DNA of 35,102 nucleotides from a virus: UHGV virus genome UHGV-0089682; one strand, 5' to 3'. Shown piece by piece: positions 1 to 8,168 of this stretch (position 1 is its first letter; each line of letters starts with the position of its first letter). The notes under the pieces were generated by a model. It saw only the letters and a program-made list of their open reading frames with translations, ran no database searches and was not told where the DNA came from. The position numbers and the translations under genes were made by a program.

Positions 1-437
1 ATCCGTGGGTCCGGGCGGTCAAATGAATCCGGTAACGGAAGCCCTTCACCATAGGCCATGCCATTTGATTGCCCAGCCAGTGGGATTACATAGTAATACT
101 CCGGCTCTGTACTGCTGCCATTTGTGCCACCAGACGGTCCGGCGTTATCCGGTGCATTCCAGTCAGAAGGCGTGAGTGTTCCGGCCACGTCAGATGTGAT
201 CGGAATAATGCCGGTCACGCCTGAACTGGTGATTTCTGCGCTGGGATTACCGGATACCGGCATTACCCATAATGGCTCTTTCGTGCTGAAGCGGATCACG
301 CAGTCTGCGAAGGTGATCCCCCCTTTATTACCCGAAGGCCTGAAAGGACTTTCAATAAATGCCACCGTGCCACCGGCAACCTTGACTGAAAACTCTCCGG
401 GCATGGCGGAGAGCATTTTCCACTGGGAGTCTGACAT
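1..437 (-). CDS. 5' portion of unknown protein in the mom position (ORF runs off window start; at least 145 codons)
   Basis: ATG at 435-437 (minus), open frame to position 1 with no stop; begins MSDSQWKMLSAMPGEFSVKVAGG..., contains ...YYYVIPLAGQSNGMAYGEG.... Co-oriented with gin, 85 bp downstream of it. Not in the supplied ORF track (no stop inside window). Confidence 0.45.
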   Translation of the reverse strand, partial: MSDSQWKMLSAMPGEFSVKVAGGTVAFIESPFRPSGNKGGITFADCVIRFSTKEPLWVMPVSGNPSAEITSSGVTGIIPITSDVAGTLTPSDWNAPDNAGPSGGTNGSSTEPEYYYVIPLAGQSNGMAYGEGLPLPDSFDRPDPR

Positions 438-522
438 CGTCTTTTCTGCCTGTTTCTGAATTAAACAGAGTCAGAATAGCGACCGCTGAAAAATATGTGT
501 TTTGCGGAAATTCAAAAAAGCG

Positions 523-1095
523 TCACGGTACTTTTGGTGACGGAGCTGGTGAGGCAGGAAAATAACGATAAAGGGTGGAAAGGCCAATATCAAATATCAG
601 TGCGATTTGTTGACGGGACTCGCCATTAGCCAGCAAACGGGCGATTTGCTCCCGCTCTTTCTCTGTCAGTTTCTGAGGTCTGCCGCCATGACGCCCCTGA
701 GCACGGGCAGCAGCAAGACCCGCGCGTGTACGTTCAATAATGAGTTCCCGCTCCATTTCCGCCAGCGCGCCCATTATATGGAAAAAGAAACGTCCCATGG
801 GAGTGGATGTATCAATATTGTCCGTAATGCTGCGGAAGTTAACGCCGCGTTGCCGGAGTTCTTCTGTTAAAAGGACAAGGTGCTGCATACTGCGTCCAAG
901 GCGATCCAGTTTCCAGACCAGCAGAGTATCTCCTGGCCGGAGTCGCTTTAATGCGCGTTTAAGTCCGGGACGCTCCCTTGTCTTACCGCTTATTCTGTCT
1001 TCGAAAAACAGCTCACATCCTGCACATTCCAGCGCATTTCTTTGTAGCGCCGTATTCTGGTCATTTGTTGACACCCTGATATACCCAATCAGCAT
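523..1095 (-). CDS. gin: Serine DNA invertase, Gin/Hin/Pin/Cin family
   Basis: 190 aa; N-terminus MLIGYIRVSTNDQNT (catalytic Ser in RVSTNDQ), GRPQKLT..., C-terminal HTH ending LSTLYRYF; near-colinear with Mu Gin as I recall it. ATG at 1093-1095. Confidence 0.93.
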   Translation of the reverse strand: MLIGYIRVSTNDQNTALQRNALECAGCELFFEDRISGKTRERPGLKRALKRLRPGDTLLVWKLDRLGRSMQHLVLLTEELRQRGVNFRSITDNIDTSTPMGRFFFHIMGALAEMERELIIERTRAGLAAARAQGRHGGRPQKLTEKEREQIARLLANGESRQQIALIFDIGLSTLYRYFPASPAPSPKVP

Positions 1096-1160
1096 ACGAT
1101 TTCCTTATTATAAAAAGCCGGAATTGTCGCATGAGGAATAAAACAGAGTTAATCCTGGCT

Positions 1161-1186
1161 TTCCTGAAAACCTCGGTTTACGGGAA
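1161..1186. other. gix/hix-like recombination site (left), 26 bp, imperfect dyad around central TC
   Basis: ttcctgaaaacc-tc-ggtttacgggaa; half-sites are near reverse complements; closely resembles the Gin/Hin crossover-site pattern (TTNNNNAAAACC NN GGTTT...). Confidence 0.75.
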
Positions 1187-1296
1187 ACGGTAAACAGGGC
1201 GGCGAATGCCCTGCCATCGGACGGCACCGCCGTTGCCGCGAATAGACTCGCCACCCCAAGAAATATTAATGGGGTTCCCTTTGACGGGACGCAGGA
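1172..1296. repeat. Left arm of inverted repeat flanking the invertible segment
   Basis: 47 nt (1172-1218) identical to reverse complement of 2446-2492, followed by ~80 nt of partial identity; encodes ...[15 protein letters not shown]... in both fibre variants. Confidence 0.8.
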
Positions 1297-1534
1297 CATA
1301 AACATCACTTCTGGTATAACACAGCAGGATGCGGATTCCCGATATATCCAGGATATCAGGCTGGGAGCAGAGAACAGGCAGGCAATGTACGGTGGGGCAT
1401 ATTACTCTGCGTACGGTAATGTCATGGCAGGCCTGCAGATTGACAGTAAAGTTGATGCTTCAAACGATTTTATAGCATTCAGACCCCTGCAAAAATTAGT
1501 CGGAGGTACATGGATTACGGTATCTCAGTTATAA
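1175..1534 (+). CDS. Silent alternative tail-fibre C-terminal cassette (Sv'-like); no start codon, promoterless in current orientation
   Basis: Open frame from 1142 to TAA at 1532-1534, no ATG at 5' end; translation [47 protein letters not shown]...FRPLQKLVGGTWITVSQL shares its first ~45 aa with the C-terminal third of the active fibre gene. Confidence 0.7.
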   Translation, partial: GLRETVNRAANALPSDGTAVAANRLATPRNINGVPFDGTQDINITSGITQQDADSRYIQDIRLGAENRQAMYGGAYYSAYGNVMAGLQIDSKVDASNDFIAFRPLQKLVGGTWITVSQL

Positions 1535-1585
1535 ATAGTCAGTAAATAATATATTTTAAAACAGATTTATTTCCAGGAGGATTTT

Positions 1586-2107
1586 ATGGAACTAAAAAAT
1601 ATAACCCGTTATTATCCTGAAAATATGCCATATGGTAATAATGTTCAGCATTTTCAGAGTGAAGATGGTAAGGATTTCTACGAGTCCCTGCCATTATTCA
1701 CCAAAAAATATAAACTTTGCATAACACCTGACAGCGGCGTTATCTGCTCAATATCACAGGACGCCTCGGCGCTGTATCCTGCGGGGTTTTCTGTGGTTGA
1801 GGTCGATGAACTCCCTGAAGGCACGGATATTTCAGGAAACTGGAAGTTTGATAATGGCATAATCTCCCGTATTCCGGTTAACTACGCAAGAAAACTGGAA
1901 GCAATGCGCCAGTCATATCTTAATCAGGCATATGAAAAAATTAATGACTGGAGAACGGAGCTACAACTGGGCATCATCAGCGATGAAGACAGAGCAGCAC
2001 TTACCCAATGGATGGCATACATCAGTCAGGTGAAGAAAATGGAACTACCCGCCATTAAAACAGAAGCTGAATTTAACGCCATTAAATGGCCTGAGCAGCC
2101 ACAGTAA
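1586..2107 (+). CDS. Tail fibre assembly protein (Tfa / Mu U-like chaperone)
   Basis: 173 aa, strong SD (aggagg) 7 nt upstream of ATG; located immediately after the silent fibre tip, the usual stf-tfa arrangement; C-terminus ...AALTQWMAYISQVKKMELP... resembles Tfa proteins as I recall them (no search run). Confidence 0.75.
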   Translation: MELKNITRYYPENMPYGNNVQHFQSEDGKDFYESLPLFTKKYKLCITPDSGVICSISQDASALYPAGFSVVEVDELPEGTDISGNWKFDNGIISRIPVNYARKLEAMRQSYLNQAYEKINDWRTELQLGIISDEDRAALTQWMAYISQVKKMELPAIKTEAEFNAIKWPEQPQ

Positions 2108-2110
2108 TAA

Positions 2111-2130
2111 AGAAGGCCGGAAGGCCTTCT
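2111..2130. terminator. Bidirectional hairpin between convergent tfa and tail-fibre genes
   Basis: agaaggcc-ggaa-ggccttct: perfect 8-bp stem, 4-nt loop, placed between the tfa stop (2107) and the fibre stop (2139). Confidence 0.5.
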
Positions 2131-2138
2131 GAATATCA

Positions 2139-3020
2139 TTATATACTTGCAGCCGTCACCCATGCTCCATTTAACAGATACTGCAACGGCCGGTAATACA
2201 CGCCGCCGACGTTATCTGCCGTATTCTTACCGACATCCTGTACTTTAATTCCGGTAAGAACATTGCCGCCCCCCAGATTCAGATCCCAGCTTTCCCATGT
2301 TCCGGGCATATGTGCGGTCACCGACCCCAGTCTTATGGCGGTTACTGTTCCTGATGAGATAGTGATATCCTGCGTCCCGTCAAAGGGAACACCATTAATT
2401 GTGTGGGCATTTGCCAGCCTGTTCGCGGCAACGGCCGTTCCGTTCGATGGCAGGGCATTCGCCGCCCTGTTTACCGTTTCCCGTAAACCGACGTTATCGA
2501 TAAAAGCCCCTTTATCCGGAATGTCTGCGCCGTGCTGCTCCCTGCGCAGGTAACGGTTATCACCTTCGCTCCTGCTGTAAACATCCAGATTACTACGGGC
2601 GGTTCCCTTATTCTCCAGGTCGGCGAGATTCTGATCCTTCGCCAGGGCATTAACGTCACCGGGACCAAGACTGTTTTTTGTGGCAAGCGTCCCCAGACCA
2701 AGATAACCACGGGCAAGACGCTGGGCCTCCGCACCGGCATCAGCAATTTCTTTCAGGTTATTTTTCCGGGAAAAGGCATTCGCAGCGATAATGGCTTTAA
2801 TGGACAGCGTAAGCTGGTTTAACTGCGCCTTATCCGGCTGAATACTGGCTTCAGCCAGAATATTCAGCAGTTCGGCCTGGAGAATATTCAGCCAGTCCTG
2901 ACCAATCCAGCTGATACCTTTTTGTCCATCACCTTCGGTAAACCAGGTGGTGGTATTACTCTGCGCCGGTGCCAGTGCAGGCATATTCGCCACGCCGGAA
3001 TTATTATCAACATGAAACAT
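2139..3020 (-). CDS. Tail fibre protein (Mu S-like; constant part + currently expressed variable tip)
   Basis: 293 aa; follows baseplate genes; C-terminal ~110 aa lie inside the invertible segment; gix site sits in codons IDNVGLRE. Confidence 0.8.
   Translation of the reverse strand: MFHVDNNSGVANMPALAPAQSNTTTWFTEGDGQKGISWIGQDWLNILQAELLNILAEASIQPDKAQLNQLTLSIKAIIAANAFSRKNNLKEIADAGAEAQRLARGYLGLGTLATKNSLGPGDVNALAKDQNLADLENKGTARSNLDVYSRSEGDNRYLRREQHGADIPDKGAFIDNVGLRETVNRAANALPSNGTAVAANRLANAHTINGVPFDGTQDITISSGTVTAIRLGSVTAHMPGTWESWDLNLGGGNVLTGIKVQDVGKNTADNVGGVYYRPLQYLLNGAWVTAASI
2368..2492. repeat. Right arm of inverted repeat flanking the invertible segment
   Basis: Reverse complement matches 1172-1296 (see left arm). 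Confidence 0.8.
2478..2503. other. gix/hix-like recombination site (right), inverted relative to left site
   Basis: Reverse complement reads ttatcgataacg-tc-ggtttacgggaa; same central dinucleotide and identical right half-site as the left site. Confidence 0.75.
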
Positions 3021-3580
3021 TAAATAGTCTCCTCTTCATGGCTGTTTGCATACACGTAAATAAACGTCTGCCATGCAGGCTTATAACGGTTCAGAATACA
3101 TTCCAGCGCACCGCCTTCATAAATACGCAGCGGCGTGAGAATATCATCCAGCACATTCATGTTCCGGTAGTCGGTTTCACTGTTAATCGTGACAATACTG
3201 ACCCACTGCGAATCCGGTGATGGCTGAATGTCAATCTGATAACCAAACTCCGCCGCAAACCGGATATAAAATTCACGGTTCAGCGAGGGCTTCATCCGGT
3301 ATTTATTTCCGGCATAACGCTGTCGCTCCGTTATGGTGGCTCCGGCCATATCACATTCAGGAAGGCCGAGATAACGCTCCCAGTCTTCCAGCAGCAGGCG
3401 CGACGTGTCAGGGAAACGCTCGGCAAGCAGCTGTTTACCCGTCCAGGATACACGCGCTGTCGAATGGCTGAGGCCCAGGCATAACGATGCCAGTACGGAT
3501 GACGGACGCTTGTCCCATGCCAGCCCGTCAGGCAGTAACTGCAACAGGGCGCGCTGATGCGGGGTCAGGGTTACAGCCAT
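3020..3580 (-). CDS. Mu gp48-like tail/baseplate protein
   Basis: 186 aa, positional equivalent of Mu gene 48 between the baseplate J-like gene and the tail fibre; start overlaps upstream stop. Confidence 0.6.
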   Translation of the reverse strand: MAVTLTPHQRALLQLLPDGLAWDKRPSSVLASLCLGLSHSTARVSWTGKQLLAERFPDTSRLLLEDWERYLGLPECDMAGATITERQRYAGNKYRMKPSLNREFYIRFAAEFGYQIDIQPSPDSQWVSIVTINSETDYRNMNVLDDILTPLRIYEGGALECILNRYKPAWQTFIYVYANSHEEETI

Positions 3581-4653
3581 GTGATGTCTCCTACCGTCAG
3601 CAGCTCACTGTCTCCCGCCTGAACTGACGTCAGCGGACTGCGCACTTCAAAATCCTCCAGATTTTTCACCCCTGCCACCGCCCGCCAGAAAGACGACGGC
3701 AGAACCAGACCGCCGGGCCGGGATTCGTTGTATAACAGGTCGGTCAGTGCCTGTTTTACGGCCGCCTGATTCTCCGGTGTTTTCGGGATGATCCTGATGC
3801 TGAAGGGCACCGGCTTATTGGTCAGTTTAAACACGGTCACTGTCGGCCCCAGAGGCTGTCCGACAGGCTGGCCGGTCGCCGGATCATCATGACTGCGGAT
3901 ATAATCCGCCACCCGCTGAACATCACCGTCACCGGGGAAAATATCCGGGTTATTATCCTGAACGAACGTTACCCCCACGCTGCCCGCCTGAGGCCATTCC
4001 GGGCGGCACCATGCCCGCGTCACGCCCGGCACTTCACGCGCCCAGCGTTCAAAATCGTACTGCGTGCCGCCGGACGGCGGATTCTGCACCCGGAAAACCA
4101 GACGGGAAAGCAGCTCCGGCACGGTTTCCACATCCGCACCACCGGTGATCCCCGTTCCGGTCACCGTGGCCGTCTGGTTGATCCCCGCCTGCGGTGTGAT
4201 AAATGTCAGTTTTGTCCCTGCCGGGGCATTTCCCGCACGACCGGCACTTTCAGCTTCCACACGGACATTCAGCGTACCGGCCTTACCGGTCAGGGAGGAG
4301 GTGATGCGGTAAACCACGCCGTCGCTGCGCTGGAGACGTGTGCCTTCTGTGATCCCCGCATCCGTGGTCAGCATCAGTTGCACCGGCCCGTCACCCCGTG
4401 AGGCGGGTTTACGCATGACGCCCCAGAAGGCGCAGTGCTTCAGCAGTTCGGCTTCATCGGCTTCGTTCGGGATGATCTGACGCGCAATCCAGGCGAGATG
4501 CTCATGCTCCTGAGCAGACAATCCCGCCTGAGCGTAAGCAATGGCATTCAGGGTGGTTTCATTCACACCCGGCTGCGAACCGGGCAGACGCTGACTGATA
4601 TCCTGCTGTGTCTGCGTGATTAACTGTGCCAGTGGTAAAGGCTGATAAGGCAT
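3571..4653 (-). CDS. Baseplate J-like protein (Mu gp47 / W equivalent)
   Basis: 360 aa; size and position in the baseplate block; translationally coupled to neighbours. Confidence 0.75.
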   Translation of the reverse strand: MPYQPLPLAQLITQTQQDISQRLPGSQPGVNETTLNAIAYAQAGLSAQEHEHLAWIARQIIPNEADEAELLKHCAFWGVMRKPASRGDGPVQLMLTTDAGITEGTRLQRSDGVVYRITSSLTGKAGTLNVRVEAESAGRAGNAPAGTKLTFITPQAGINQTATVTGTGITGGADVETVPELLSRLVFRVQNPPSGGTQYDFERWAREVPGVTRAWCRPEWPQAGSVGVTFVQDNNPDIFPGDGDVQRVADYIRSHDDPATGQPVGQPLGPTVTVFKLTNKPVPFSIRIIPKTPENQAAVKQALTDLLYNESRPGGLVLPSSFWRAVAGVKNLEDFEVRSPLTSVQAGDSELLTVGDITWL

Positions 4654-5090
4654 TACTCCCCCTTAAGATCAGCATAAAAAATCATGGGTCTCACCGAACC
4701 ATCAGGCAGGGTGATGCGCACCGAAAGCGCCAGCCGCGCGTGTCCCACACGTTCTGCATGACAGACCACGGATGACGCCACGCCATCCTGACTGAGCCAG
4801 CCCAGCGCCTCATCCGCGTAGGCACGGGCACGGCTTATCACGGAGGCCAGTGTTTTTTCCCGGCTGAGAAGCCACAGACGGGAGCCAATGGGGCGTGTGC
4901 GAAAACTGTCTCCCCACCATCCCCGGCGGTCGCGCGTACCGTCAGGGATTTCATCCGATGCCAGCGCCCGGCGGTCAGTAAACAGCGAAATCAGAACGGC
5001 CGTCAGCAGACTGTCATCCGTCAGCAGGTCGGCACCGTTCAGTTGCAGCGAACCGCATCCCTGATCCCACACAATTGCAATATCAGCCAT
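4653..5090 (-). CDS. Mu gp46-like baseplate protein (gpW/gp25-like)
   Basis: ATG at 5088-5090 with GGAGA SD; begins MADIAIVWDQ; ~145 aa. The longer track ORF (to 5234) overlaps the upstream gene and is probably not the true start. Confidence 0.6.
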   Translation of the reverse strand: MADIAIVWDQGCGSLQLNGADLLTDDSLLTAVLISLFTDRRALASDEIPDGTRDRRGWWGDSFRTRPIGSRLWLLSREKTLASVISRARAYADEALGWLSQDGVASSVVCHAERVGHARLALSVRITLPDGSVRPMIFYADLKGE

Positions 5091-5697
5091 TCTCCGGCAC
5101 TCCTGTCTTACTGCCTTCGCCGTTATCATGATGCACATGGCCGGAATACCGTATCCCTGCAATAACGGCATCCGACATTGTGAACAGTCCCTGAGATTTC
5201 CCCGTACCCTCAAGCGCGAAATTACCCTTAACATGCAGGTTCTTATCCACCGTCACATTGCCCGTAAAGGTGGCTTCCGGCGTATCCACCCGCATCCCCT
5301 CGTCGGCGTAAATCTCCAGCATTTTGCATGTCACAATAATGCGGCCATCCTTTGTTAACCGTATCCGGTGCCCCTCATGGTGATACACCCCCGTATCTCC
5401 GGCTGTGAGTCCGGTCGGGCGGCTGCGCCGGTCTTCCACCACAAGCACCACAGTCTGATCCCGCTGTCCGCCCAGACAGGCAAAAAAGGTTTCGGCACCC
5501 GGCAGGGGAACGCTGATCTGCCCGTACTGCTGGGGGCGCTCCACATCATCAAAGGTTTCGCCATCCATGCCGGTGAGCTGCACATTCTGCATTTTCAGTT
5601 CGTCATGTGTGCCGGTCAGAACGCCCCGGCCAAACAGCAGGCGAATACCGCGCGTTACCGGGGCAATCAGGCGGCTGAACACTTCATCATTCATCAA
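5083..5697 (-). CDS. Baseplate spike / gpV-like protein (Mu gp45 equivalent)
   Basis: 204 aa; position between hub and gp46-like genes; size matches Mu gp45. Confidence 0.65.
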   Translation of the reverse strand: MMNDEVFSRLIAPVTRGIRLLFGRGVLTGTHDELKMQNVQLTGMDGETFDDVERPQQYGQISVPLPGAETFFACLGGQRDQTVVLVVEDRRSRPTGLTAGDTGVYHHEGHRIRLTKDGRIIVTCKMLEIYADEGMRVDTPEATFTGNVTVDKNLHVKGNFALEGTGKSQGLFTMSDAVIAGIRYSGHVHHDNGEGSKTGVPENG

Positions 5698-6814
5698 AGC
5701 TGATCCCCTGTTTTTTCATCTGCTGGCGAATAAAGGCATCAACATCATCACCGGAACCACCACCACGGCCCTTGCTGTCCGGCTCTGCCGGAACGATAAA
5801 GCCGTCACGCGGTGCCAGTACCAGCCGGGTGACTTCCCCGTTCTGTTCATCCAGTAAAAACTCCACCTGGCAGACCAGCAGTTCGGTCTGCTCAATACCA
5901 AAGCGCAGGGCCGAAACACCGGTCAGCAGATTGACATCCCATAACCGGCCATCATCCCGGAACCAGCCACGCACGGTGGCAGAAAACCGTTCTGAACGGG
6001 CAACCGCACGGCGCATTTCACGCAGGGCACGCTGCCGTGCACCGGTGGTGTCTGTCTGTTGATCGGCGAGGATGATTTTCGGCCGGTAGCGGCCGATCTG
6101 CTCATCACTGATGACGCCCACAGGTGCTGCCAGCCGGGCGGCGGACTCACTGTCTCCCCGTTTGCCACCACCGCGCCCGTGTCCCCGGACACGGTATTCG
6201 CTGTATCGTCCGCGCCAGTCCGTGCTGTAATCGGCATCAAGCAGGTTATCTCCCAGCACCAGTCTGTCCGTCTGCTGGCTTCCTGCCTGGGTGAACACCA
6301 GATCGCCGTCAGCATTACTGGTCACCAGCACCCCGCGATGCCGTGCCGCACGGGTCAGCGCATCCGCCACGGTTTCTGAGTTTTCCAGCGTAAAAGAGCT
6401 GAAAGGGCGTGCAGCCGTGTCGTCGTTAACCTGCCAGCGCACAACTATCCCGAAGGGCGCACATAAATCTGCGGCAATCTGTGCCAGCGTCCGGTTGCGC
6501 CACTGGCTGCCGGGATGGATGGCGGCACAGTCCACCAGGTCGCCGGTTTTATCCCGACCGCTGATGCTGATCTGATGACGGGTTGCACTGATCCGCTGAC
6601 TGACCTGATCCAGCCAGCCACTGATGACTGTCTGCCCGTTAATTCTGAGCGTCAGGGACTGACCGGTCCGCAGGGCTGAGGGGATGCGCTCACCGGGCAG
6701 CATCAGCCCCAGTTCAAACGACCCGGCCAGATGCTCCAGCGAGCGACGGACGCTGACCGTCAGCCAGCCGGAAAAAATACTGCCGCCGATATACAGTTCA
6801 ATCCTGCTGCTCAC
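5687..6814 (-). CDS. Baseplate hub protein (Mu gp44 / P equivalent)
   Basis: 375 aa; position after gp43-like gene; size matches Mu P. Confidence 0.65.
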   Translation of the reverse strand: MSSRIELYIGGSIFSGWLTVSVRRSLEHLAGSFELGLMLPGERIPSALRTGQSLTLRINGQTVISGWLDQVSQRISATRHQISISGRDKTGDLVDCAAIHPGSQWRNRTLAQIAADLCAPFGIVVRWQVNDDTAARPFSSFTLENSETVADALTRAARHRGVLVTSNADGDLVFTQAGSQQTDRLVLGDNLLDADYSTDWRGRYSEYRVRGHGRGGGKRGDSESAARLAAPVGVISDEQIGRYRPKIILADQQTDTTGARQRALREMRRAVARSERFSATVRGWFRDDGRLWDVNLLTGVSALRFGIEQTELLVCQVEFLLDEQNGEVTRLVLAPRDGFIVPAEPDSKGRGGGSGDDVDAFIRQQMKKQGISFDE

Positions 6815-8168
6815 TGATCACCTCCACGCGGCGGCCACCCGGAACAAAAACCGGATCGGGGATATTGTTTCTGCGGACAAAATACTGCCAGCGGCGGCTG
6901 TTACCGGTGGCACGGTACAGCGTGACCAGTGCCGGTTCGGTGGTTCGCACCATGACCTGAAAAGCACCGGGAAGATGCACGCTCCGCGTGGTTAAATCTT
7001 CTGTCAGCGCAAGCCCTGCATCACGTAATGCAAGGGCGGTGCCGGTATGGCTCTGTGCGGACAGATCCAGCACCTGTTGTTCCATGGCATCGCTCAAATC
7101 CCGGTTGATACGCTGCACATCAGCAGAACTTTCCAGCCAGGCCAGTCCGCCCGCACGGTCAGTATCCTGAACGTGCGTCGTATTCTGCCGGATGACCTGA
7201 TCCAGCAGTTTTCCGACCGTCTGCGCCTGCGACACCAGGGCTGCACTCTGCATCACGCTCCGCAACAGACGGATATTGTTCTGTGCCGCAGGCGTCAGGC
7301 CAATCAGGCGCTGTGGATCATCCTGTTCGCTGAGGGTGTAACGCAGGGAAGAAAGTGTGCGGTACAGCTGCGGCATGGCCTGCTCTGTCATGCTGTCACG
7401 GTTTGTGGTCAGGCTGCCGGATGGCGTTCCGGCTTTTCCGGTCAGCGACAGGGAAGGATCGCCGGGCAGCCCGGTCAGCACGGCAAACATTCCGGTCAGC
7501 GATTCAGCCATGCGACGGGGCGCATTAATCAGGGCGGCGGCATTCCCTTTCAGGGCAGTAAAACTGGCCGTAAAGGCACTGATATCCTGCACAATCCCCA
7601 TCCCCGAAACGGCATTCTCCAGCGCATCAATCTTATCGCTGATGGTGTCGGTCATGGCCTGTACATCATGCAGACCGTCTGAAATCACCGTCCAGCCGTC
7701 TGAAAGCGTGTTAAACAGCTGATTCATTGCTGAGCCGCTTTTCTGCTCCAGCGCAGCGGCCGTATCTTCTGCCACCGCAGGGGCGGTATCGTCACTGGCG
7801 GGGATCACGTTGATCGTGAACTCAACCGTTCCCTGCTCGCTGGCGTTATAACGGCTTTCAAAGCTGTTTATCAGCACGTTTAACGTACCGTAATCCGGGT
7901 GCATCAGTTCACCGGCACCGGGTGCACGCAGCGCATCGCGCAGGCGGCTTCGCTGTGTCTGAAGGTCGTCTCCGGTCACCAGAACCGTGAATGTGTACTC
8001 CGGGAGTTTTGGTCCTAAATCATCCGCGCCGCCGCTTTCCCGCAGAGGATATTCACGGCGCACAATGTTACGTCCTCCCCGTTCCCGCTGCTCCTGATAA
8101 ACCAGGAACGGTACGCCACGAAATGAGCCACGCCCCGGCGTTTCAGTAGAGGCCATAGTTCCCTCCAT
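6798..8168 (-). CDS. Mu gp43 (N)-like DNA circularisation / tail protein
   Basis: 456 aa immediately downstream of the tape measure gene, as in Mu. Confidence 0.65.
   Translation of the reverse strand: MEGTMASTETPGRGSFRGVPFLVYQEQRERGGRNIVRREYPLRESGGADDLGPKLPEYTFTVLVTGDDLQTQRSRLRDALRAPGAGELMHPDYGTLNVLINSFESRYNASEQGTVEFTINVIPASDDTAPAVAEDTAAALEQKSGSAMNQLFNTLSDGWTVISDGLHDVQAMTDTISDKIDALENAVSGMGIVQDISAFTASFTALKGNAAALINAPRRMAESLTGMFAVLTGLPGDPSLSLTGKAGTPSGSLTTNRDSMTEQAMPQLYRTLSSLRYTLSEQDDPQRLIGLTPAAQNNIRLLRSVMQSAALVSQAQTVGKLLDQVIRQNTTHVQDTDRAGGLAWLESSADVQRINRDLSDAMEQQVLDLSAQSHTGTALALRDAGLALTEDLTTRSVHLPGAFQVMVRTTEPALVTLYRATGNSRRWQYFVRRNNIPDPVFVPGGRRVEVISEQQD

Noticed and set aside
124-459. Plus-strand 111-aa ORF at the window start
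   Set aside because: Lies antisense to a longer ATG-initiated minus-strand ORF that is co-oriented with gin and the rest of the phage; its product is Pro/Gly/Ser-rich and starts on GTG. Treated as a shadow ORF.
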